64,000 bases of DNA from Synechococcales cyanobacterium VAR_4_metabat_354 (GTDB taxonomy: Bacteria > Cyanobacteriota > Cyanobacteriia > Cyanobacteriales > Chamaesiphonaceae), in the NCBI GenBank assembly GCA_031414775.1, contig JANOQI010000036.1, forward strand, positions 32,001 through 96,000. The letters are read 5' to 3'. The notes below the pieces were generated by a model, which was given only the letters and a program-made list of their open reading frames with translations, did no database searches and was not told where the DNA came from. Below are positions 30,639-40,893 of the stretch, one piece after another. The stretch's first letter is position 1, and the number at the start of each line of letters is the position of its first letter. Made by a program: the position numbers and the translations under genes.

Positions 30639-31388
30639 ATGACGAGGATCAGTTCTAATTTTCAGCAAATTTCTGGGGCGAGAAAATGCATTTTGGTGGT
30701 GGAAGATGAAGCTACGATTCGTGACTCGGTCAGCCAGTTTCTGATCGATGAGGGCTACAATGTGATGACCGCCAGTGATGGTCGAGCCGCGATCGATCTA
30801 ATTGGTCAGATGGTCAGCGATCGCGAGGCCGATAGAATATCGATCAATCTCATTATTCTGGATGTGATGTTGCCCGGTATTAATGGTCTAGACTTGTGCC
30901 AGTTCATTCGCAAGCAGGGCAGCATGGTACCAATTTTGATGCTCAGTGCTAGAGGCAGTGAGGCCGATCGAGTAGTGGGTTTAGAGATTGGGGCTGATGA
31001 TTATTTAGTGAAACCCTTTGGGTTGTCTGAACTGCGGGCGCGTTGTCGAGCGTTGTTTCGTCGATCTGGTGCAGTCGAGACTGATCTAGAAGAGACGATC
31101 GAACATGGCAACATTGTTCTTTACCCCCAGCAATATCGAGTATTGATCAATGAAAAAGAGATTAACTTATCACGGAAAGAATTTGCCCTATTAATTCTGT
31201 TTATGCAGAATCCTCGGCGAGTGTTTTCCCGGGATCTGTTAATTGAAAGAGTTTGGGGAGCAGATTTTATGGGGGATACCAAAACTGTGGATGTGCATAT
31301 TCGCTGGCTGCGTTCTAAGATCGAAGAAGACCCCAGCCGTCCTCAGTATTTAATGACAGTACGTGGTTTTGGGTATCGGTTTGGTTGA
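30639..31388 (+). CDS. sphR: OmpR/PhoB family response regulator (SphR-like)
   Basis: Receiver ILDVMLP, GADDYLVKPF; KTVDVHIRWLRSKIE..PSRP..TVRGFGYRFG; phosphate-gene context. Confidence 0.82.
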   Translation: MTRISSNFQQISGARKCILVVEDEATIRDSVSQFLIDEGYNVMTASDGRAAIDLIGQMVSDREADRISINLIILDVMLPGINGLDLCQFIRKQGSMVPILMLSARGSEADRVVGLEIGADDYLVKPFGLSELRARCRALFRRSGAVETDLEETIEHGNIVLYPQQYRVLINEKEINLSRKEFALLILFMQNPRRVFSRDLLIERVWGADFMGDTKTVDVHIRWLRSKIEEDPSRPQYLMTVRGFGYRFG

Positions 31389-31396
31389 AAGCCATC

Positions 31397-31421
31397 AAAA
31401 AGCCCTCAAAAATTGAGGGCA
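31397..31421. terminator. Hairpin terminator between convergent sphR and porin genes
   Basis: aaaaaGCCCTCAA-aaa-TTGAGGGC. Confidence 0.7.
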
Positions 31422-31450
31422 GTTAGTAGTATCAAAAAAATGGGTAAAAT

Positions 31451-32992
31451 CTAGAACTTAAAGGTAGTGCGGACTGTGCCGACATACTCAGTACCCAGAC
31501 TGCTAGTATCAGGATTGGTAATCAACAACAAACCTGGTGTAACATCAACGTTGTCGTTGAGTTTGACTTTGTAGATGGCTTCCAAATGCAAGGGATTAAC
31601 ACCAGCAGCTTGAGCGACGGTACCACCAGTAACTTTCGGTGGCGCACCAACAGTAAAGCCCAATACGTTGCCCTTGGCTCCAAAGTCAGGGAAAGCAGCC
31701 GAAACAGCGTAGTTAAAAATGTCGGCTGTGCCTGCTCCACCTTCTTCTCTAGCATTAGTTAAACCAGCCCAGCCGGAAATAACCAAGCCCGGGGAAAGCT
31801 TGGCACTGGCCATAGCACTATAGTGATTGGCACTAGTCGGGACACCACCGAAAGGATTATTAGCCAAGGTAGTACCAGTGCTACCAGTAACCCCTGTACC
31901 AGCAACACTATAAGACCGAGCGTAAGCTAAGCCTAAATCAATGCCTGGACTAGCTTCAAAGCGCAGTTGACCAATCAAGGAGTTGGAACCACCAAATACA
32001 CCAGTAGCAGGATTAGCCGATGTCGTCCCAGGAACGGCATAACCGATCGAACCAGTGATTTTATCACTAAGTTTATATTCTGCTGTAACTGCCGCCCCAT
32101 CACCACTTTGTCGATAGATCGGGTTGAAACGCCCAAAGCGCGAAATAGAACCACCACCACCAGATGACAGAAGCGGATTGAAGGTATACATGTTTTCATT
32201 GAACTCACTACCAACCGATTCTAAAATGACAGTGGCTTTGTCACCGAGCGGTAGTTTGTACTGGAGCAAGGAAATAAAGGAAGCATTTTCTTCACTACCA
32301 TCAAATCCTAGGCGGGTCGTATTGGTGCCGGTTGTCGCTGCGCCACTAAAGGGGGTAGTGTTTCTAGCTTGAATCCGAGCACGCAGGCGATCTTTGCCAG
32401 TAAAGCTAGTGTCAAAGTTTAAACGCACTCGATCGGAGAAGATGGTGCCGTTGGGGTTGACACCAGGAGAGCCACCATAACCACTTAAGGCAAAGATGAT
32501 TTCTCCAACTAACTTGGTGTTGGGCGAAAAGGTATTGGTTTCTTTGTTTTGAGCTAGTTTAGTTTCCACCTTTTCCACTCGATCGTTCAGAGCAGTAATT
32601 TCTTGGCGGTAAGTGGTAGCAAGTTCGTTTAATTGCTGTAAGTCTTCTTTAGAGGCCGCTCCAGGTGACTGCGCTAGCTTGGCTTCTAAAGAGTTTAAAC
32701 AAATTTCCACATTTTTCGAGAAAGCTGAACGAGAAACCGGCTCTTGACTGGTGCTAACCCCGCATTGGTAGCGGTTGTTAAGACGTTGCAATGTTTGAAA
32801 ATTGCGATCGGACGGATTGACCATTTCGCCTGCTGGCTGAGCTTCACTGCTAGCAATGTTGGGTGCTGGCAACTCGGGAGCGGGGGCTTCCTTGGCCATG
32901 ACTGGATTGCTAGCTGCCATTACAACTAGACCCAAGATCAGGCCGGAAATTTTAATATTTTTATGTGTCATTAGGGAAAACATGCTTCTCAC
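31451..32992 (-). CDS. Cyanobacterial outer-membrane porin (SLH-like + OprB family)
   Basis: Signal peptide, SLH-like region, coiled coil, FSPNTKLVGE, DRVRLNFDTSFTGKDRL, C-terminal VGTVRTTFKF. Confidence 0.92.
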   Translation of the reverse strand: MRSMFSLMTHKNIKISGLILGLVVMAASNPVMAKEAPAPELPAPNIASSEAQPAGEMVNPSDRNFQTLQRLNNRYQCGVSTSQEPVSRSAFSKNVEICLNSLEAKLAQSPGAASKEDLQQLNELATTYRQEITALNDRVEKVETKLAQNKETNTFSPNTKLVGEIIFALSGYGGSPGVNPNGTIFSDRVRLNFDTSFTGKDRLRARIQARNTTPFSGAATTGTNTTRLGFDGSEENASFISLLQYKLPLGDKATVILESVGSEFNENMYTFNPLLSSGGGGSISRFGRFNPIYRQSGDGAAVTAEYKLSDKITGSIGYAVPGTTSANPATGVFGGSNSLIGQLRFEASPGIDLGLAYARSYSVAGTGVTGSTGTTLANNPFGGVPTSANHYSAMASAKLSPGLVISGWAGLTNAREEGGAGTADIFNYAVSAAFPDFGAKGNVLGFTVGAPPKVTGGTVAQAAGVNPLHLEAIYKVKLNDNVDVTPGLLLITNPDTSSLGTEYVGTVRTTFKF

Positions 32993-33133
32993 ACCCGTGT
33001 ACTTTGCTACAGTTTAAAGAATACTATGGAAAATAACATGATCAATGTATCTGGGCATACATAATGTTTAGTATTTATACTTATAAGATTTTACATTACA
33101 ACGCTGCCACTATTCAAAATAAAATTAAGGTAA

Positions 33134-34420
33134 TTAGCTAGTTGGTAACTGAATTTGGAGCCAGCCGCCACCAGTTTTCGGATGATTGTGAGCCGTGATG
33201 TTGCCGCCATGAGCCAGGATAATTTGTTTAACGATCGATAGTCCCAATCCGCTACCAGTGGTGATGGTGGTAGCCGAGCTTTGCTGGTGACGAGCAGGAT
33301 CGCCGCGAAACAGTCGATCAAATACCTGATCCAAATCCGGCGGATTAAAACCATGACCAGCATCGATAATATCGATTGTAACCAGCTGCTCTTGGCTATG
33401 GGTAATTACCTGAATCTGGCTGTGATCTGGACTATATCTGATCGCGTTATCAAAAAGATTAATTAAAACCTGGGCGAGACTGACTGGATCGGCGCATAGT
33501 TTGAAGCTGGTGTCACCTGTTTGCTGGCAAGAAATACTTTTCTGATTTGCTAACGGTTCTAAAATATACCAGGCATCTGTAATCAATTGATCAAGCTGAA
33601 TCGGCTGTTTTTTGATGTGTTGGGGAGCATTTTCTTGAAGCTGATTTAACTCTAAAAAACCTTGTACTAGTTTGGTTAGTCGATCGATCTCCGGGATCAT
33701 CCGGTCAGTCCACTGTTGGAGTGATGGTTCCACCTTACTTTGAATGGTTTCGGTCATCAAACGCAGCGCGGTCAGGGGCGTGCGTAACTCATGAGCCAAG
33801 TCAGTAGTCCAGCGATCGCGGGCTTTATTGATGGCCACCAAGGGTTGGCGATTTTCTAAGAAAATTCCCACAGCTTTTCGGGGTAGAGACACCGTCACAG
33901 CTTTGATCGTGGTTGCTAAACTATCAGCGGGCTGGTCACTATAGTTAGGATATAACTGCCACTCTAACTCTTTACCTACCTGAGTCTTCCTGGTTTGACT
34001 AATCAGCTGATCCAACTCAAAAGAACGCACTATTGCGAGTAATACTGGTGGCTTGTTTGGTTGCCAGTCGGTGAGGTGCAGTAGTTGTTGGGCTTGGGCA
34101 TTACACCACAAAATTTGATTGTCGGCATTGAGCTGAATATAGCCGATCGGTGCGGCTCGCCACAGAGCTTGCCAGCTGGTTAACTCCTCTTCTCGTTCTT
34201 GGAGCTGGTTATTAATGCTTACAGCACTCCGTCTGAGCTTGGACAGGACTGACCGGGAACTAACTAACCGAGAACTAACCAATTGAGAATTATAGTCTGT
34301 CCGTTGATTGATCAAATTTAAGATAGCTTGTAATTGGGCGGTGTTTTTGGTCTGAAACCAAGTGAAGCTAGCTAATCCACCAATAATTACCCCCGCTAGT
34401 GTACAGAGCAGATAAATCAT
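33134..34420 (-). CDS. sphS: Phosphate-sensing histidine kinase (SphS/PhoR-like)
   Basis: PAS region, DLAHELRTPLT, NLFDNAIRYS, GSGLGLSIV; downstream of phoU. Confidence 0.82.
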   Translation of the reverse strand: MIYLLCTLAGVIIGGLASFTWFQTKNTAQLQAILNLINQRTDYNSQLVSSRLVSSRSVLSKLRRSAVSINNQLQEREEELTSWQALWRAAPIGYIQLNADNQILWCNAQAQQLLHLTDWQPNKPPVLLAIVRSFELDQLISQTRKTQVGKELEWQLYPNYSDQPADSLATTIKAVTVSLPRKAVGIFLENRQPLVAINKARDRWTTDLAHELRTPLTALRLMTETIQSKVEPSLQQWTDRMIPEIDRLTKLVQGFLELNQLQENAPQHIKKQPIQLDQLITDAWYILEPLANQKSISCQQTGDTSFKLCADPVSLAQVLINLFDNAIRYSPDHSQIQVITHSQEQLVTIDIIDAGHGFNPPDLDQVFDRLFRGDPARHQQSSATTITTGSGLGLSIVKQIILAHGGNITAHNHPKTGGGWLQIQLPTS

Positions 34421-34468
34421 TGGCCTTGTTCCTCAAAATTCATAAATTGTCTAGCCTGGTTTTCGGCT

Positions 34469-35161
34469 TTAATTCCTGTCGCCGGTGACAACATAGCGAA
34501 TGCGCCGGGACACATTATTGGCATGGTCAGCCATTCGTTCTAGATGGCGACTGCTCAGGATCAGCAGTATAACTGGTTCCAATGACCCTTTAAAATCTTG
34601 CTGTGAAGATAGAGTTTGATAGATCTGAGTATAGACTTGATCTACTTGGTCATCGAGCCGATCGATCTCCTGATAGGCTTGCCCATCTAAGTTAGTGATG
34701 GCTGTTAAGCTTTTTTCTAGCATCAACCGAGTTTTATTGGACATTTGTTCAATCTGGGGCATACATTTATGAGCTGGATAGCGGAATAGTTGACCAGCTA
34801 TTTTGCCTAAATCTTCAGCATAATCACCGATTCTCTCTAAGTCTCGGACAATTTGAATAAATGCACTCAGCAACCGTAAATCTTGGGCAACAGGGGAAGC
34901 AATCGACATCAGTTGCACACTTTGCCCGTCGATTTGGCGATAAAACTGATCGATATCTTCGTCCAGTTTAATGATTTGATCGATCGCCGCAAGATTGCGA
35001 TCAAATAATGCTTCATGAGAGAGCCGACAAGAGTTTCCCACTAAGATCCCCATTCGCAAAACGTCCTGTTCTAACTCCCGGATTTTGCGCTGGAACTGTG
35101 AAGATGCAAAAGCAGAATTATAATGAACTGACAAGATGGTGCCCCGATTAACCTTGAACAA
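34469..35161 (-). CDS. phoU: Phosphate signalling protein PhoU
   Basis: PVAQDLR, RDLERIGDYA, RHLERMADHANN. Confidence 0.94.
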   Translation of the reverse strand: MFKVNRGTILSVHYNSAFASSQFQRKIRELEQDVLRMGILVGNSCRLSHEALFDRNLAAIDQIIKLDEDIDQFYRQIDGQSVQLMSIASPVAQDLRLLSAFIQIVRDLERIGDYAEDLGKIAGQLFRYPAHKCMPQIEQMSNKTRLMLEKSLTAITNLDGQAYQEIDRLDDQVDQVYTQIYQTLSSQQDFKGSLEPVILLILSSRHLERMADHANNVSRRIRYVVTGDRN

Positions 35162-35281
35162 AAAATCGATGGTTCGATCGAAATTATTGAATTTGAGAAA
35201 CCATTATAGTCCCAAAGATTTTGTCTATTCGGTTATCAAAATCACCAGATCGCGCATAATTAGTGACTGCACCTCGCTGCT

Positions 35282-36427
35282 TTGTTTTTACCTGTGGATA
35301 TTTACCAACTGGCTCTCCGTCCGCTGCTTTTTCAACTTCTCCAATCCGATCCAGAGGCTGTCCATCAGCAATCACTAGCTTTACTGAGTTCGATCGATCT
35401 AAATACTTTTCCTGGCTCTCACATTCTCAAAGCCAGTTGGCAACAATTGTTTTGCCAAGCAGATACCCGCTTGCAGCAAACGCTGTGGGGGCACAATTTC
35501 CCCAACCCCGTGGGACTAGCAGCTGGTTTTGATAAGGATGGCATCGCCGCCGGAATTTGGCCATATTTAGGGTTTGGCTTTGCGGAATTGGGTACCGTTA
35601 CTTACCATGCCCAACCCGGTAATCCTCAGCCCCGTCTTTTTCGGCTCCCAGCAGACAGAGCAGCTCTGAATCGGATGGGCTTTAATAATCAAGGTAGTGC
35701 CGTGCTAGCGGAGCGGTTAGCGGCTCGCCAGGGGCAGTTACCTAGTAATCCCATCGGCATCAACCTGGGCAAGTCTAAAATCACTGAAGAGCAGGATGCG
35801 GCTGCCGATTATGTCGGCAGTTTCCAACGGCTGCAAGCCTATGGTGATTATTTTGTGATTAATGTTAGTTCCCCCAACACGCCCGGTTTAAGGAATCTCC
35901 AAAATGTCGAACTTTTAAATCCAATTTTGGCGCAGATTCAGCAAGTTAATCAGGGTCAGAAGCCTTTGCTAGTCAAAATTGCACCCGATCTGGCTTGGGA
36001 AGACATTGAGTTGATTGTACAAGTTGCTCAACAAAACCAACTGGCGGGCATTATTGCGACCAATACCACCATTAGTCGAGCTGGCCTAAATACCAAAACC
36101 CTCGCTGCTACGGGTCGGTTATTAGCTGATGAAGCTGGAGGGATAAGTGGTGCGCCAGTGAGAGATCGATCGACTGCCATAATTCGGTTTATTTACCAAG
36201 TTAGTCAGGGGCAGCTACCAATTATGGGAGTAGGCGGTATTTTCTCGGCCGCCGATGCCTGGGACAAAATCACCGCTGGCGCTAGCTTGGTGCAAATTTA
36301 CACCGGTTGGACATACCAGGGACCCTGGTTGGTGAGTCGGATTTTAGCTGGTTTACTGACTGAGTTAGAACGGGCTGGCCTGGATCAGATCAGTCAGGCG
36401 GTGGGGATTAATGCCGATGCTACTTAA
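35282..36427 (+). CDS. pyrD: Quinone-dependent dihydroorotate dehydrogenase
   Basis: [40 protein letters not shown]. Confidence 0.97.
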   Translation: MFLPVDIYQLALRPLLFQLLQSDPEAVHQQSLALLSSIDLNTFPGSHILKASWQQLFCQADTRLQQTLWGHNFPNPVGLAAGFDKDGIAAGIWPYLGFGFAELGTVTYHAQPGNPQPRLFRLPADRAALNRMGFNNQGSAVLAERLAARQGQLPSNPIGINLGKSKITEEQDAAADYVGSFQRLQAYGDYFVINVSSPNTPGLRNLQNVELLNPILAQIQQVNQGQKPLLVKIAPDLAWEDIELIVQVAQQNQLAGIIATNTTISRAGLNTKTLAATGRLLADEAGGISGAPVRDRSTAIIRFIYQVSQGQLPIMGVGGIFSAADAWDKITAGASLVQIYTGWTYQGPWLVSRILAGLLTELERAGLDQISQAVGINADAT

Positions 36428-37103
36428 GAATAGCCAACCCGGCTAGGCCATGGAAATCTTTTTGCACCCGCTGAGTCAGTCGCTTAGAAACCTGACGGAC
36501 AATTTGCTTGAGCAAGTTATCACCAGTTTTTTGAATTACCGCCCGGGGCAACTTGTGGATAAATTTGGGAAACTGAATGGCCACTTCTAAATTGAGGTTC
36601 CATTCTATTTGGGTCATCAGCTGATCGGCTTTGACAACTTCTACTAAGCGCATCTCCGCATCAAAATCCACTTCGTAGCCCGGTGCTTGATAATCGGGGA
36701 TGTTAATAGTTTTAATAGGATAAATATCTTGGCTTTGCGGCAGCAACTCCAAGCCCACCTTCGGTTCGACCACATAGCCAAAAGAATTAAACCTGCCGAT
36801 TGTGATGGCATAACCATTGGCACTTAAAGATTCCACCTGCATAGGTTGGGCGCATCTGGTAAACCAATCGGGGTGTTGATCCAAATACTGAGCCACAGTT
36901 TTGATATCAGCATTCATCAGCATTTTGTCGGCGAACCGATTGGCAAATATAGTTTTGTCTACTTTTTTATCTACTGCCGCTAGCGACTCGTGCTGATCAG
37001 CTGTAACTGTCTGTGCTGATCGCCATGGTTGCTTCTGATTGACCACCGCTGGCTGCTCCATTAATGTTGTGCGCATTAACCTCACTATTCCCCTATGTAC
37101 CAT
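36420..37103 (-). CDS. DUF1997-like protein
   Basis: [34 protein letters not shown]; start uncertain. Confidence 0.75.
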   Translation of the reverse strand: MVHRGIVRLMRTTLMEQPAVVNQKQPWRSAQTVTADQHESLAAVDKKVDKTIFANRFADKMLMNADIKTVAQYLDQHPDWFTRCAQPMQVESLSANGYAITIGRFNSFGYVVEPKVGLELLPQSQDIYPIKTINIPDYQAPGYEVDFDAEMRLVEVVKADQLMTQIEWNLNLEVAIQFPKFIHKLPRAVIQKTGDNLLKQIVRQVSKRLTQRVQKDFHGLAGLAILK

Positions 37104-37290
37104 TCAATTTACTACTACAGGCCGAAAAACCTGTTCACCAGATATTGTCTCTGATTTATAGATGACCCGATGGTGATCTATGTTGCCGAAACTTTGTGAT
37201 AAATTTGCTTTCTCCGCAAAATATTTTTTCTTCTAATATTAGAGAGGTAGATTCTTACTCACTTCGCCCACCTGACCTTAACATATTGTA

Positions 37291-37947
37291 ATGAAAGTAT
37301 TTGTAGCTGGTGCCACAGGCGCGACAGGCCAACGGGTCGTCCAAATCTTATGCGATCGACAGATTGCTGTCCGAGCGCTGGTGCGCGACCTAGAAAAAGC
37401 TAGATCGCTCCTACCGGCAGCTGTTGAGTTGGTGCAAGGGGATGTGGGTGCTAAGGAGACCCTAGCCACAGCGATGGCCGATTGCGATGCCATTATTTGT
37501 GCTACTGGTGCCAAACCGAGCTTTGATCCGACTGGTCCCTATCAAGTGGACTATATAGGCACCAAGAATTTAGTCAATGCGGCCAAAAGCCAGCACATTC
37601 AAAAATTTGTAATTGTTTCGTCTTTATGTGTTTCCAAGTTATTTCATCCTCTCAATCTGTTTTGGCTAATCTTGTATTGGAAGCAACAGGGCGAAGATTA
37701 CTTAAAAAATAGTGGTCTCACCTATACGATCGTCCGACCGGGCGGCTTGAAAAACGATCAGACAGCCGGGCCATTAGTAATGTCGAAAGCCGATACCTTA
37801 TTTGATGGTAGTATTCCCCGCCAAAAAGTGGCTGAGGTTTGTGTAGAAGCGCTGTTTCAACCGGCGGCAGAGAACAAAGTAGTAGAAATTATTTGTCAGT
37901 CTACGGCTACTAGTAAAAACTGGGAAGAGCTATTTGCGAGTGTTTAG
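37291..37947 (+). CDS. NAD(P)-binding SDR/NmrA-like oxidoreductase
   Basis: VAGATGATG, VDYIGTKNLV, YTIVRPGGL. Confidence 0.9.
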   Translation: MKVFVAGATGATGQRVVQILCDRQIAVRALVRDLEKARSLLPAAVELVQGDVGAKETLATAMADCDAIICATGAKPSFDPTGPYQVDYIGTKNLVNAAKSQHIQKFVIVSSLCVSKLFHPLNLFWLILYWKQQGEDYLKNSGLTYTIVRPGGLKNDQTAGPLVMSKADTLFDGSIPRQKVAEVCVEALFQPAAENKVVEIICQSTATSKNWEELFASV

Positions 37948-38614
37948 AGTAAAGTTTCTCGAACAGCCTCAAAATGTGGCTGGTCTATTAGTGGCGGTGA
38001 GCTTGTTGGGAATGAGCCTGCTGTTCTTGAGTAATCTGCTGACATCTGATGATGATAGCTCGGTAAAAGACCCGTTGTTTAGATATGCCAATGCCTCATT
38101 GGTGATGCAAGATGGCGACCCTTATATTCGGACTTTAATGCGGATGATTTCGGCTAGTGAGTCTAACGATCGACAGCCCTATTCGCTAATTTATGGCGGT
38201 GGCAGAGCCAAAGATTTAAACAAACATCCCAACACCTGTGCGGCTATTAAGGCTGGCCCTAATAAAGGTAATTGCAGTACAGCTGCTGGCCGCTATCAGA
38301 TGCTGAATACGACTTGGGCCGAAAAAGCCCGTCGTTATCACGCCGAAGAGAAAGGCTGGCCATGGGATCGCTACTATAGCTTTGCCCCTTTGCAACAAGA
38401 TCGAGTGGTGTACAACTGGCTAAATGACCAGAAAGCTTGGAATATGGATCTAGCTGGAGAACTACGCCAGGGTCATGTGGAGGTAGTGCGTAAGCGTTTA
38501 TCTCGGACTTGGACAAGCCTGGGCTACGGCATTGAAAATAACGCCGTGACACCGCAGCTAGCTAGTATCTATGACAAGATATTGAAGGAAGAGTTGGCTA
38601 AGAATTCCAAATAG
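37934..38614 (+). CDS. Lambda-lysozyme-like muramidase/lytic transglycosylase, membrane-anchored
   Basis: N-terminal TM; ISASES, STAAGRYQ, FAPLQQD, WTSL. Confidence 0.82.
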   Translation: MRVFRVKFLEQPQNVAGLLVAVSLLGMSLLFLSNLLTSDDDSSVKDPLFRYANASLVMQDGDPYIRTLMRMISASESNDRQPYSLIYGGGRAKDLNKHPNTCAAIKAGPNKGNCSTAAGRYQMLNTTWAEKARRYHAEEKGWPWDRYYSFAPLQQDRVVYNWLNDQKAWNMDLAGELRQGHVEVVRKRLSRTWTSLGYGIENNAVTPQLASIYDKILKEELAKNSK

Positions 38615-39722
38615 TGGTAGCTAATGGGGCTGTAGTGGTGGAAACCATCGCGGCCACTAGTTGCTCTGGTACCACGACAAAAGGTAAGCGGTGAATATCC
38701 GATTGGGGTTGACAGGCGATCGCAGCGGCTTGTTGCAGGTCGGCTAAGGTTACTTGAGCCAGTCCCAAATCGGCGAGGGTACTGGGTAAACCAACTTGCT
38801 GATAAAAATCTAAGAGTTGATGGCGGGTGGTGGCGGCAAGTTGGTTGCCGCCGACCACTTCTTCGAGACGCAGTTGGACGAGAATGCCAAAAGCTACTTT
38901 TTCGCCATGTAGCGCATGGTGACAAGCCGGTAGGTGGGTGAGACCGTTGTGTACGGCGTGAGCAGCGACGGTGCGACACTGGGCACCACCAAGGCCGCCA
39001 ATCACTCCGGCTAGTAAGACGGTGGCATCAACTACGTCTTGCCATTCGGCACCGCCAATATCGGCAATAGCCGCGACAGATTTTTGGAAAAGGAGGTCGC
39101 GCAGGACTCGGGCTTGTTGAACAGCAGCAATTAAGAGGGTTCGATCGGAGTCGCCGCTACTAACACTGGCTTCGTACCACTTGGCGATCGCATCCCCAAT
39201 ACCAGCAATCAGAGTGCGGGGCGGGGCGGTGGCAATGATATCGTAGTCGAGGATTAAAAGATCGGGGCAGTGAGGTAAGCTCACATCGGATAAGAAGGCT
39301 CCGGCTTCGGTGTAAATGTTGGAGAGGGCAGTCCAGGCGGCACAGGTGGCGGCAGTGGTAGGGATGGTAACGACGGCGAGGTGAGCGTTATGAGCAATTA
39401 GTTTGGCCATGTCTAGGCATTTGCCGCCCCCGATGCCAATAATTAGGTCGGCTTGGTGGAGTTCGATCAATCTCTCTAATCTTTGGCGGGTGGTTTCGCA
39501 GCAGTCGGGGGCATAGTGCTCTTTTTTAATGTCTAAACTAGGCGTTTGCCACAGGGGTGTTAATTGTTTTAAGGCTAGACTTTGCTGGCCACCAATGACT
39601 AATGGTCGCTGACCTAGTTGGGTGATGTGGGGGATGGCGGAAACTAGGGCTTGTTGGCCTCGACAGACTTGTCGGGGGGCAACCATCAAATTTATAATCT
39701 GGTCAGTCATGATTTTTGACAA
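38598..39722 (-). CDS. Iron-containing alcohol/glycerol dehydrogenase family protein
   Basis: GIGGGKCLD, PTTAATCAAW, AGIGDAIAKWYEA, AAHAVHNG, HGEKVAFG. Confidence 0.9.
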   Translation of the reverse strand: MSKIMTDQIINLMVAPRQVCRGQQALVSAIPHITQLGQRPLVIGGQQSLALKQLTPLWQTPSLDIKKEHYAPDCCETTRQRLERLIELHQADLIIGIGGGKCLDMAKLIAHNAHLAVVTIPTTAATCAAWTALSNIYTEAGAFLSDVSLPHCPDLLILDYDIIATAPPRTLIAGIGDAIAKWYEASVSSGDSDRTLLIAAVQQARVLRDLLFQKSVAAIADIGGAEWQDVVDATVLLAGVIGGLGGAQCRTVAAHAVHNGLTHLPACHHALHGEKVAFGILVQLRLEEVVGGNQLAATTRHQLLDFYQQVGLPSTLADLGLAQVTLADLQQAAAIACQPQSDIHRLPFVVVPEQLVAAMVSTTTAPLATTIWNS

Positions 39723-39820
39723 CTGGGATCTATACCTAGACTATATTATAGGGCTGATGATAGTGTTTAGATCAAGGATTGCCGGTACACGAAGCAAATC
39801 AATCAAAATTAGTACCGAAG

Positions 39821-40408
39821 TTACTGCATACTATTTTCGAGAGCGAACACTATATCATCGTAGATCTGCTCGATGGGCACAGTTAAATTCACGCTTGAAA
39901 ATTCGACTAAATCTCCGGATCGATAGTTGATGATATCCCATTTTCCATCTTCGTCTTTTTGATATATCTCGATGTCGATCGAATTCGCATCGATCAACAC
40001 ATAATCTCTCAAAGTAGGATTTCGTCGATACATTCTAAATTTATTACCTCGGTCATAAGCTTCCGTGCCAGGGGATAGTATCTCAACAATTAGACAAGGG
40101 TAAGTAATATATTGGGAGGTGGTTTTATCTCTGTCATCACAGGTCACACTAAGATCAGGATAAACATAATCAGTTGATTCCACGATGTTCACTCGCGCAT
40201 CGGAAGTCAAAACTTGACAGCTTCCGTCGCGCAAGTGGCCCTTGAGTAAAAAGTTGACGTTACTAGCAATCTTGCTATGATTTATCGTTCCACCAGTCAT
40301 TGCATAGACTTCACCATCGATATATTCGTGGCGACAGTTTTGTTGCTCTTCCCAAGCAAAGTATTCTTCAGGCGTAAATCTCGGAAATCGTTCATGTGCA
40401 ACAATCAT
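39821..40408 (-). CDS. Uma2 family putative endonuclease (paralog of 41501-42091)
   Basis: RHEYIDGEVYAMTGG, YPDLSVTCD, PCLIVEILSPGT; likely start MIVAH at 40408. Confidence 0.92.
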   Translation of the reverse strand: MIVAHERFPRFTPEEYFAWEEQQNCRHEYIDGEVYAMTGGTINHSKIASNVNFLLKGHLRDGSCQVLTSDARVNIVESTDYVYPDLSVTCDDRDKTTSQYITYPCLIVEILSPGTEAYDRGNKFRMYRRNPTLRDYVLIDANSIDIEIYQKDEDGKWDIINYRSGDLVEFSSVNLTVPIEQIYDDIVFALENSMQ

Positions 40409-40673
40409 TATTGATGACCCAAGATAGCGATAGAACAATTTTACCATACGCAAAACTCTTTAAGTATTTATACGCCGATTTGGGTCTTGTTTGGCAGGTG
40501 AAGTGCTTTAGAATGCGACATTCACTTAGGTAGTAGTTCAAAGCATTACGATCGAAATAAGTGTTTACGCTGTGGATTTAGTTGGTATCTGGTGGCAATA
40601 TAGAGATATGCAGAAAGCGTTGATGTCTGCGATTAAAACACTATAAAAAAATAAATTTCTTGATTTGATATTT

Positions 40674-40816
40674 GGCGCTCCATCCTTAGGGAACTATCTG
40701 TTGCGACAAAAGACTACACTTACATAAATAATGTAGTTGTGACAAATTGAACCCTACCAATGTGAAAGCCATTGATAATAAAACACTCACTTGACTCTAG
40801 TGGGTGTTTTTGTTTT
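40674..40816 (+). ncRNA. Candidate structured ncRNA, copy 1
   Basis: Nested stems with compensatory changes relative to copy 2; ends in hairpin plus T-tract. Confidence 0.6.
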
Positions 40817-40893
40817 GGGGTGTGTTGTAGAGCCTTGAATAGGCTGACGATCAATTACACTGAAAAATGGGAACTAGTAATTAACCAACAATT

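Noticed and set aside
37934..38614. Prophage lysis gene
   Set aside because: Embedded among housekeeping genes with no holin, structural or integrase genes.
40674..40816. Known riboswitch, T-box, tracrRNA or Yfr sRNA
   Set aside because: I could not match the hallmark motifs I remember; left as an unknown candidate pending an Rfam search.
40461..40893. MITE or IS remnant
   Set aside because: No terminal inverted repeats or target duplication seen; similarity continues into the Uma2 gene, indicating tandem duplication.
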